This document shows, in pieces, positions 56,425 to 64,000 of a stretch of 64,000 nucleotides of DNA. The stretch is from positions 1-64,000 of the IMG/VR virus record IMGVR_UViG_3300043773_002546. One strand, given 5' to 3'. The stretch is from a virus. A model generated the notes under the pieces. It did not search any database, was not told the origin of the DNA, and worked only from the letters and a program-made list of their open reading frames with translations. A program made the translations under genes and the position numbers. Each line of letters starts with the position of its first letter. The stretch's first letter is position 1.

Positions 56425-58519
56425 ATTCACGCGCGGGTTGGTTGCCATTCTGGGCGAGAACGGCTCCGGCAAGAGCAGTCTCTTCGGCGCGCTGAAGTGG
56501 CTCCTGACCGGCGAGAACCCTAACTACGGCAGCAAGACTGACAACATCAGTCAGTACGCCAAAGAAGGCGAGCCGTCTTTCGCCAGCCTGGAGTTCGAAC
56601 ACTCCGGGCACATTGCCGTAGTGACCCGCCATCTTCTTCCTGAGAAGGAGCAAGCCACGCTTACCATTGACGGCGTGGAAGCAGGCCGGGGCGAGAAAGG
56701 CGTCACTGCCGGAATCGAAAAGCTCTTAGGCGTGGACGCCAAGTTTATCTCGCGTTTTATTATTGTCGGTCAAACGGAGATTTTCTCGTTTATCGACGAC
56801 AATCAGACCGACACAGATAAATTCTTCCAGCGGTTGTTTAACACCGCCAAGGCCGACAAGTGCCAGGACGTGATCGGCAAGAACATTTCCAAGATCCAGA
56901 TCCCCGAGGTGCTCAAGACTCCGGCGCAGCTGGACACGGAAATCCAGACTGCCAAGGACGCGCTGTCCGAAACGGACCGGCAGATTCACGGCTTGCCCGA
57001 CATGGCCGCCTTCCTGGCTGAGCAGAAAGAGCAGCAGAAGACGATTCAGGCCTGGCGGAACCGCGAAAAGGCCGCCGCTGAGCTGGCCAAGCTTGACGCC
57101 CAGCTCCAGACGGCCAACGCCCAATTAGAAACCGCAAAGGAAGACTCCGACCGCTACGAGTCAGACTTGGAGGCGCTCGAGGAGGCATCCCAGGGCCAAG
57201 AGGAGGCGATCACCGCCGCCCGCACGGCGCTGGGCCACTGGCAGAGCTACAAGAGCGTTGCCAAGTCGCGGGAGCAGCTTCAGACCACGCGTCAGGCGAT
57301 AGCCGCCTCGCGAGCCAAAGACCCCGAGCCGGAGAAGCCGGGAGCGCTTTCGGCGGAGGAACTAGCCAAGGACGCCCACAGCCGCCGTGAACGCATTAAA
57401 GAGATCAACGCGTTTATCCGTATGTTCGACGAGCATGGCGAGGCGGAGTGCCCGACCTGCCACACGCCGTCGAGCCAGCTGGCCGATCAGGTCGAGAAGC
57501 GCAAGGCGGAGCTGCTTGTCCGGCAGCAGGAAGAAACAGAACTGACCCTTGCGTACAGCGCGCAGTGGAAACTAGAAGAAGCCTGGAAACGTTGGGAGAG
57601 TCGCGAACGCGATCGGGCGCTTTCTGAACAGAAACTCGCCGCCGCCGAACAAAGCCTGCAAGACGTCCAGCCGCCGGTCTTGAGCGAAGCCGACCTGTCG
57701 CAGACGGTCACCGATTATGACTCGTTCCAGAAGGCCAAGCAGGACATCCTGCCGCTGGCGCAGGCGGCCAAGGTCCGCAATGCCCAGCTGGAGGGCGCGC
57801 TCGTGAGCCTGGCCGAACGGCGGAAGCAACTGCTCAATGATATCAATGAGGCAGAGGTTACCGAGGCCGACGCCACGCTGGCGCAGCAGCGGCTCAACCA
57901 TGTCCAAGAGCAATTTGCCCAGCGTACGAAGCTCGACACAGCTCGCGCTACGCTTGTGCATGCCCGCGACGCCCTTCAGGCCCAACGGGACGCCGCCGAG
58001 GCCGAAGTGACCTTGGCGGGTAGACTCAGGGAATGGACGCACGTCGCTGAAACAGCCCGCGAGGCCCTCAAGAATGCTCCGCGGCTGGTTGCTCAACGCA
58101 ACCTGCAACGGCTAGAAACAAGTATTAACGAACTGTTGCAGATTTTTCAGGTGAACTTCCAGGTGCGGGTTGCCGAGCGCGACACGCCTACGTTTATTGC
58201 GGAGTTCTACGATGGTCGCCGACAAGTTGCCCAGCGACTCTCCATCGGACAAAAAACTGTCTTGGCACTTGCGTTTCGAGTCGCCGTCAACGCCATGTTC
58301 GCCGAAGAAATCGGACTCTTGGCGCTGGATGAGCCAACTGCATCGCTGGATCAGCCGCGTATTCGGGCGCTAGCCCCGGTCCTGGAAAAGCTTCGAGAGC
58401 TTTCCACGGCTAAAGGGCTGCAATGTCTGCTTGTGACGCACGCGACGACCTTGTCGCACCTCTTTGAATCCGCTATTGAACTTGAACCCCCAGAGTTGCG
58501 TCATGCAAGCAGTAACTGA
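56366..58519 (+). CDS. sbcC: SbcC/Rad50-like ATPase
   Basis: GENGSGKSS, Q-loop, coiled coil with CPTC zinc hook, LSIGQK signature, LALDEPT, LVTH. Confidence 0.9.
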   Translation: MQLLRLEVRNWVHHRHRVCEFTRGLVAILGENGSGKSSLFGALKWLLTGENPNYGSKTDNISQYAKEGEPSFASLEFEHSGHIAVVTRHLLPEKEQATLTIDGVEAGRGEKGVTAGIEKLLGVDAKFISRFIIVGQTEIFSFIDDNQTDTDKFFQRLFNTAKADKCQDVIGKNISKIQIPEVLKTPAQLDTEIQTAKDALSETDRQIHGLPDMAAFLAEQKEQQKTIQAWRNREKAAAELAKLDAQLQTANAQLETAKEDSDRYESDLEALEEASQGQEEAITAARTALGHWQSYKSVAKSREQLQTTRQAIAASRAKDPEPEKPGALSAEELAKDAHSRRERIKEINAFIRMFDEHGEAECPTCHTPSSQLADQVEKRKAELLVRQQEETELTLAYSAQWKLEEAWKRWESRERDRALSEQKLAAAEQSLQDVQPPVLSEADLSQTVTDYDSFQKAKQDILPLAQAAKVRNAQLEGALVSLAERRKQLLNDINEAEVTEADATLAQQRLNHVQEQFAQRTKLDTARATLVHARDALQAQRDAAEAEVTLAGRLREWTHVAETAREALKNAPRLVAQRNLQRLETSINELLQIFQVNFQVRVAERDTPTFIAEFYDGRRQVAQRLSIGQKTVLALAFRVAVNAMFAEEIGLLALDEPTASLDQPRIRALAPVLEKLRELSTAKGLQCLLVTHATTLSHLFESAIELEPPELRHASSN
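57833..57850. repeat. Dispersed palindrome copy (ctcaatgatatcaatgag)
   Basis: 17/18 match; inside sbcC. Confidence 0.8.
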
Positions 58520-59435
58520 TGAAGTCGCCCTAAAACTCCATACCGACGCCAATGGCCATGTGTGGTACGTCCTTGGTATTGGGGGCGTGCACAACACGGG
58601 CATGATCGCCGACACGTTTTTGATGCAGCCTGTGATTCACGGCTTTGGCATTAGAGCGCGCCTTTTGGGCACGCCTAGAAACGCCGAGCTGATTACGCAG
58701 CTCTACCTGCGACGGCGTAAAAACGAAGTAGTGTCTGTTGAGGTGGCCGGACCAAATATCTGCGAGTCGCCTGCTGAGCTCAACGACCCCGCGCTGGTGC
58801 TTTTGCGCATGCGCAGCGCGCAGCTGTCTAGTGCCTGTGGCGGCTGGCACACGGTCACCGACAAGGATTATTTGACCTATGCTTTGCTGGCGCGGATGCA
58901 GCGCACGCATTTTCAGTTTGATACAGCCACTCAGGCGTACCTGCGGGCGCACCCAGTGTTCCACGCGATGACGCTCATTCCGACTTTGTCGAGTGAGCGA
59001 TTGGCGCAACTGCTCATTGATATCATTGACCCCCGCTGGTACGTAGATCGCCGGGCGCCGGAACGGGCCAGCAAGTTGGAGCTGTACTTGGGTTTAACAC
59101 CTCGTGCCCAGGCCAGTGTCTCTAATTCCGATCGTCTGATCACTCGTCCTCGGGAGTTGCGTTGCGCTACTGTGCTCGGAACCTGGAAGACTGCGGGCTA
59201 CCACGATGTTGACACGCAGGACCCCCGAAACTGGCTGTATCGCGTTTATGCGGCAGCCGGAGGCGGCCCACGTGGCGACCTGCGTGCGGGCCAGGCGCTT
59301 GTTCGCTATCTTCGGTACAACTGGCTGGACGCCCTGGAACGCCGCCCCGGTGTGCGTGACGGGTTGTTCGCGCCGGAGCTGTATTTCCGCACACCGGCTG
59401 AGATCGAAGTTTACCGCGAACACATGAAGAGCTGA
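58503..59435 (+). CDS. Protein with a Nop/IS110 C-terminal-like domain, no recognisable DEDD nuclease
   Basis: AHPVFHAMTLIPTLSSERLAQLLIDIIDPRWY...SKLELYLGLTP; C-terminal DLRAGQALVRYLRYNW. Confidence 0.55.
   Translation: MQAVTDEVALKLHTDANGHVWYVLGIGGVHNTGMIADTFLMQPVIHGFGIRARLLGTPRNAELITQLYLRRRKNEVVSVEVAGPNICESPAELNDPALVLLRMRSAQLSSACGGWHTVTDKDYLTYALLARMQRTHFQFDTATQAYLRAHPVFHAMTLIPTLSSERLAQLLIDIIDPRWYVDRRAPERASKLELYLGLTPRAQASVSNSDRLITRPRELRCATVLGTWKTAGYHDVDTQDPRNWLYRVYAAAGGGPRGDLRAGQALVRYLRYNWLDALERRPGVRDGLFAPELYFRTPAEIEVYREHMKS
59013..59030. repeat. Dispersed palindrome copy (ctcattgatatcattgac)
   Basis: 16/18 match. Confidence 0.75.
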
Positions 59436-59436
59436 A

Positions 59437-59688
59437 ATGGAAAATTTCTCCTGGACGACTGCTGCGCTGATCTTTGTGACCTACGTCATCATCGACGTGC
59501 TCTATGCGCTATACGTGCAGTCTGTCGCTGGGCAACGCCCAATGTCCGCAGCTGTGTTTGGCTCGGCAATCTACAGTTTGGGCGCCTACGGCGTGGTCAC
59601 ATACTCACACAATATGTGGTATCTGATTCCTTTGGCCAGCGGCGCTTTTCTGGGAACTTATTTGGTCGTCAAGTACAAGAAGGATTAA
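59437..59688 (+). CDS. Small multi-pass membrane protein
   Basis: Three hydrophobic segments in 83 aa. Confidence 0.7.
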   Translation: MENFSWTTAALIFVTYVIIDVLYALYVQSVAGQRPMSAAVFGSAIYSLGAYGVVTYSHNMWYLIPLASGAFLGTYLVVKYKKD

Positions 59689-59690
59689 CT

Positions 59691-60188
59691 GTGCTGGAGG
59701 TCACTATCACGCTGCGGTTTAACCGGCCATGCCTGGGCGCCGCCAAGCGCAAAAGGCACGGGAGCTCTGTATTTTGCTTTGACCGAGATCCAAGCGGACG
59801 GGTTATGTTCTTGCCCGCGGCCTGGCTTTCAGTTCTACGTTACGCGGCAAAGCTCGCTAACCGGCATCATACCGCGGTCAAGGACATAGACTGGTGCCCG
59901 GTCATCGTCGGAACTCCGCGCGAAGACTGGCGCCGTACGGTAGTCACCAATCACGGCCCAAACGCCAAGAGCCACTACGTCCTGCACGAGGCATTTCGAC
60001 CTGGCGACGACGTCGTGATTTCAGCTGTGTTGCCCGACGAGATTAATTTGCCGGAGTTCACGCATTTGCTGACGCTCGTGGGCAAATACAAGGGGTTTTC
60101 CCCGTTTAACAATCCGCAGGAAAAGTATGGGACATTTGAAGTCGTATCAATCGAACCCGTCGCCGGACCCGGGATCGACGGCAACTAG
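59691..60188 (+). CDS. Stand-alone RAMP/Cas7-like protein (putative)
   Basis: GTG start after AAGGA; VTITLRFNRPCLG, FDRDPSGRVMFLPAAWLSVLRYAA, HEAFRPGD, LLTLVGKYKGFSP...KYGTFEVVSI. Confidence 0.5.
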   Translation: MLEVTITLRFNRPCLGAAKRKRHGSSVFCFDRDPSGRVMFLPAAWLSVLRYAAKLANRHHTAVKDIDWCPVIVGTPREDWRRTVVTNHGPNAKSHYVLHEAFRPGDDVVISAVLPDEINLPEFTHLLTLVGKYKGFSPFNNPQEKYGTFEVVSIEPVAGPGIDGN

Positions 60189-60189
60189 A

Positions 60190-61737
60190 ATGAGCGCCCC
60201 ACAGCAGCCCGTGGTGATTACCCGGGTCAACAACGTATTGACGCTCTCTGGCCCGGATAACGCGCCGCTGGATCCGCAATTGATCCGTCGGTTGACGCAT
60301 GATTTGCGCTATGAGCACATGGAAGCCGTCAACGGCCCTGCCCGCCGCGACCCGATTACCGGGCAAAAGTTGTTCTTCCAAACCAAGGAGTACAAACTCT
60401 ACCGGGTTGAGAACGGCAAGGTCGTCGTGCTTTCGGGTTATCTTGCCCGAATGGTAAACCGCCTGCGCAAGCTAGGCTGCCCGGCAACGCTGGTGAACGC
60501 CAGCCCGCCGCGGAAACGTCCTGATTGCTACACGCCGCAGTGGGATAAGCTGGCAGGCAAAATTGAATTCCGCCCGCGGCAAGAAGAATGCCTGCGGACG
60601 ATTGCCCGTGTACCCTGCGGGATTATTAAAGCCGTTACGGGTTTCGGAAAAACGACATTAATTGGCGCCGCGGCGCAACTGTTTCCCGATGCTCGCATCG
60701 ACGTGATCACCAAGAGCGTCGACGTCGCCGAGCGTATCGCGCGCAGCCTGCGGCGGTTTGTGCCCAAAGTAGGCCGCATCGGCGATGGCTGGAAAGACAG
60801 GCAAAGGGTGACGGTGATTACCGCAGGCAGTCTGCAGCACGCCGACGGCGACGCTGATTTTATGTTCGCTGACGAAGTTCACCAGCTGGCCACGGTAAAT
60901 TTTTCCACAGCCCTGGCTAGCCGTTATCGCAATTCGCGAAACTTTGGTCTTTCAGCAACGCCTTACGCGCGCATGGATAACGCGCACCAGGTGCTTGAGC
61001 CGCTTTTTGGCCCAATGGTCTTTGAGCTGACGTACCAACAAGCGGTCACGTTAGGCCTGGTTGTTCCCGTGCGCGTTCGCTGGTTGCCCATGCGATTGCG
61101 TACGAATCCGGCTGAACGTTACAGCCAGCGTGTGGCCCGCAAACGCTACGGTGTTTGGACAAACTACGAGCGAAACCAAATCATTGCCTCCGCTGTGAAC
61201 GAGTATCCGGCCGACACGCAGGTGTTAATCCTTGTAGAAACAATTGAGCATGCGGTTCACCTGGGCGCCCAGCTTCCCGACTTTACCCTGATGTACGGGT
61301 CAATGACGCCTACGGACGCTGTCTATTACAAGAAGCACAAGCTTTTGCCGGAGAATTACTCGCCACTGACCTACGAGCAGAAGCACGACATGCGTGCAGC
61401 GTTTGAAGCCGGGACGCTGAAAAAAGTGATCGCGACTGACGTGTGGGCAACTGGAGTTGACTTCGAGCAGCTTTCTGTTCTAGTACGCGCCGACGATCGC
61501 GACAGCGACATTGTCGACGTGCAGGGGCCGGGACGCGTCAGCCGCGTTTACACCGCGCCCGACGGTACCCGCAAAGACTACGGCGAGGTCGTCGACTGCA
61601 TGGACACCTTTGACCCAACCTTCTACCGGAAGAGTCTAGGACGACGTAATAGCTACAAAGAATTGGGATGGGAGCAAAATTGGCATGACGCCCAAAGAAG
61701 TTGGCGTGGCAGTGGCGGCCAGGGAACTGGCGCCTGA
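60190..61737 (+). CDS. SF2 DEAD/DEAH-type helicase (UvsW-like)
   Basis: RPRQ, AVTGFGKT, DEVH, GLSATP, VIATDVWATGVD, QGPGRVSR. Confidence 0.88.
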   Translation: MSAPQQPVVITRVNNVLTLSGPDNAPLDPQLIRRLTHDLRYEHMEAVNGPARRDPITGQKLFFQTKEYKLYRVENGKVVVLSGYLARMVNRLRKLGCPATLVNASPPRKRPDCYTPQWDKLAGKIEFRPRQEECLRTIARVPCGIIKAVTGFGKTTLIGAAAQLFPDARIDVITKSVDVAERIARSLRRFVPKVGRIGDGWKDRQRVTVITAGSLQHADGDADFMFADEVHQLATVNFSTALASRYRNSRNFGLSATPYARMDNAHQVLEPLFGPMVFELTYQQAVTLGLVVPVRVRWLPMRLRTNPAERYSQRVARKRYGVWTNYERNQIIASAVNEYPADTQVLILVETIEHAVHLGAQLPDFTLMYGSMTPTDAVYYKKHKLLPENYSPLTYEQKHDMRAAFEAGTLKKVIATDVWATGVDFEQLSVLVRADDRDSDIVDVQGPGRVSRVYTAPDGTRKDYGEVVDCMDTFDPTFYRKSLGRRNSYKELGWEQNWHDAQRSWRGSGGQGTGA

Positions 61738-62416
61738 TTGGCATACGCGGCTGAGCCCAAAACAGCTGGCCGCGTACATTCGGTATCAATTCATTCGGTT
61801 ACACGAGAACGAGCATGACTGGGACGCCCCTGCGCACAACCGCAGGCGGACCCACTGGGACGGCGGCAAGGACAGCTACGGCGTAAACCACACGCCGGTC
61901 TGGACACGGATTGCCAACCTGATCCGCGACAACCACGCCGATCCCGGGCTATGGGTCCAGGCGCATTTTTCGCCGATCGCCGTGCTGAAGGCGGGCGTCC
62001 AGCATTCGGGCATGCCCGAGATTCGACCAACGCGGCTGTGCGCTGGGCAGTCGCTAGGAATTTACAACGAGTACTGCGAACAGTTGCCTGCAATTTTGTC
62101 GCAGAACTTTGAGATCGCCGGGGGAACACTGGCCAAGCAGATCAAGGCCACAGACACCTTTCGCATGGAGCCGGAAGACCAGATCTTCTACTGCATCTGC
62201 GACGAAAGCACCGTGTCGGCCTCGCCCTTTTTCCGTCACGCCTTCGCTGCCCAGCTGGACTGCTGGCGCGGCGTAGAGCGTTATCTTTGGCTGGCAGCGC
62301 TGGATTACGAAGCGCAGCAACGCCTTTACGATGCCGCGGTTGAACCATGGTGCGTTACGGAACTCTTACAGGAATCAGTGAAAGATATTAGGCGTCATTG
62401 GGAGCATTACGCATGA
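61685..62416 (+). CDS. Hypothetical protein upstream of the DnaB-like helicase
   Basis: 243 aa; ATGA overlap with the next gene. Confidence 0.7.
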   Translation: MTPKEVGVAVAARELAPDWHTRLSPKQLAAYIRYQFIRLHENEHDWDAPAHNRRRTHWDGGKDSYGVNHTPVWTRIANLIRDNHADPGLWVQAHFSPIAVLKAGVQHSGMPEIRPTRLCAGQSLGIYNEYCEQLPAILSQNFEIAGGTLAKQIKATDTFRMEPEDQIFYCICDESTVSASPFFRHAFAAQLDCWRGVERYLWLAALDYEAQQRLYDAAVEPWCVTELLQESVKDIRRHWEHYA

Positions 62417-64000
62417 GCTTGAGCGAAGGACCGCGCGATCGTATTCATCATGATGTGCCGCTGCAGCCCGACGAAGTCGTCGCGCTGTTTCGCGGGTTTA
62501 TCCGTCACCCCAGTCTCATGGACGAGGGGTTGCGGCTCGGCTTGACTGCCGAACACTTTAACGGCCCAGGCGAATATCGCTTGGCCGTTCTTTTTACCGT
62601 GCTGCACAACGCTTTTGAGCAGTATGGCACGTATACCAAAGAAATGATTCTCACCAGCTTGCGGTCTAACCAAACCAGCGGCCAGGTGGCAATTGGCCCA
62701 GCGGACATCGAGTTCCTCCTGGGCGACGAAACCAATCAAGGCTTTATCAGCGAGACTTTTGACGAGCCCCGCGTTGATGCCGAAGCCGCCAAGGCCGAAC
62801 GTCGGTTCTGCGAGAACCTTCTGCGGCGATTCATGCGGGTGCGGCTCATCAAACAATCGCTGCAACATCAGCTTGGCGCGGCAGCGGCGGCCTCGGCCCC
62901 GACAAATATCGCTGAGCTGCTGGGCCGCTTTCACCGCGTCAGTCAGCGGGTCGAGCACCTAGGCGCTGATGTCCGTAACTCGGCGATGATGCCCGCTTTC
63001 GGCGAACAGATCGAGCTGCCGCCGCCAGCGATTCCCGTAGGCTTGCCTTGGCTCGATCAGTACACAGGTGGTATCCGTACTGGCGACGTGATCGGCGTGC
63101 TGGGCCCATACGGCGGCGGTAAATCGACGCTGTTGACCGTGGCGGCCGTGCGGATTGCGCATCACTTCGCTCTCAACGGCGAGAACAAGCTTTCCGTGTT
63201 CATCGGCTATGAGGACGGCGGCGCCAAATGGAACCACATGTTCTGGAGCGCTGCTGCCCGCATTGAACGCAAGGTGTTTACTGACTACGGCACTGACATT
63301 TGGGCGCAATTCTCGACGCGCGAGACGCTTAAAGACTACGACCGGCTGCTGCCGGAGAACCGCAACGGCGAGATCATGTTTGGCGAGCGCGAACGCTGGG
63401 AGGCGGCTATCCCTTGGCTCAACCGGCACTTTGTGTTCTTGGATTTCTCCTGTAACTCCGACACCGGCGGGCAGGGAGCAGGCGGCGTGCCAGAAATCGT
63501 CAACGCCCTGGAGCGGCTGGCTGAGGAACGCGGTATGGAGATTGGTTTCGTGGCCATCGACTACGCGGGCATTCTTGTCGAGCGCATGATGGGTTCTCGC
63601 AGCACGGATCTGAAAGACATCATTCGTCCAATCAAGAAAGTGCCAGACGACTTGCGCACGCTCTTGGCAGTGCCTACGGGCGCCACGGTAATGCTCGCGC
63701 ATCAGCTGGCTCCCGGCGACATCAAAGGCCGTCCGGTCTATAAGTACGTCGGCCACGATGACGCGTCGGGCTCCAAAAGTTTTGCCGAGAATGTGCATTC
63801 GTGCATGGGCATCAACCACCGCGACCACTCGACCAACGTTTCCACGATTTACTGGTCAAAGATCCGCGCTTTGCGGCCAGTCTCGCCTTATGGCCTGATC
63901 AAGATGGACGATCACGTTGTGGACGTGCATCTGGTCAACGACGATTACGTTGCCTGCCCAACGACCCGCGCCATCATCCGCAAGGGCGACGTGCGCGTGG
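62413..64000 (+). CDS. dnaB: DnaB-like replicative helicase, 3' truncated by the window edge
   Basis: Translated by hand (absent from the track): GLPWLDQYTGGIRTGDVIGVLGPYGGGKST, GYED, VAIDYAG, LAHQL. Confidence 0.8.
   Translation, partial: MSLSEGPRDRIHHDVPLQPDEVVALFRGFIRHPSLMDEGLRLGLTAEHFNGPGEYRLAVLFTVLHNAFEQYGTYTKEMILTSLRSNQTSGQVAIGPADIEFLLGDETNQGFISETFDEPRVDAEAAKAERRFCENLLRRFMRVRLIKQSLQHQLGAAAAASAPTNIAELLGRFHRVSQRVEHLGADVRNSAMMPAFGEQIELPPPAIPVGLPWLDQYTGGIRTGDVIGVLGPYGGGKSTLLTVAAVRIAHHFALNGENKLSVFIGYEDGGAKWNHMFWSAAARIERKVFTDYGTDIWAQFSTRETLKDYDRLLPENRNGEIMFGERERWEAAIPWLNRHFVFLDFSCNSDTGGQGAGGVPEIVNALERLAEERGMEIGFVAIDYAGILVERMMGSRSTDLKDIIRPIKKVPDDLRTLLAVPTGATVMLAHQLAPGDIKGRPVYKYVGHDDASGSKSFAENVHSCMGINHRDHSTNVSTIYWSKIRALRPVSPYGLIKMDDHVVDVHLVNDDYVACPTTRAIIRKGDVRV

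Noticed and set aside
58503-59435. Active IS110 insertion sequence
   Set aside because: No DEDD RuvC-like N-terminus, no non-coding ends, and translational coupling to both neighbours.
58400-60200. TIGR or CRISPR array next to the Nop-like and RAMP-like genes
   Set aside because: No intergenic space or repeat units here; none found by eye elsewhere in the window.

Overview
This window looks like part of a large, high-GC (about 60% by eye) dsDNA tailed-phage genome: dense, mostly + strand, translationally coupled genes. No rRNA, tRNA or CRISPR array was seen. The host is probably a Planctomycete-like bacterium (inference from the DUF1257/DUF2997/AAA module, CsrA and a GCPNGRC secreted peptide). 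From left to right it holds: a collagen-like fibre gene with a neighbouring GT9 heptosyltransferase-like gene; CsrA; a primase-like protein; small nucleic-acid enzymes; an isolated terminase large subunit on the - strand; about 30 kb of small accessory genes (including hldD and two ParB-like genes); an HTH/deoxyhypusine-synthase-like fusion; hldE; glycosyltransferases; and a replication/recombination block (SbcD, SbcC, SF2 helicase, DnaB-like helicase). Four signals stand out. (1) An AT-rich palindrome, consensus CTCATTGATATCAATGAG, occurs at least 14 times, both inside genes and just after stop codons. (2) A stand-alone RAMP (Cas7-like) gene and a Nop/IS110-C-terminal-like gene sit between sbcC and the helicases with no array nearby. 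(3) The phage carries an ADP-heptose pathway. (4) Non-coding segments fold into strong structures, including a double-pseudoknot candidate at 40.05-40.22 kb. All family names come from motif recognition by eye; no database search was run.
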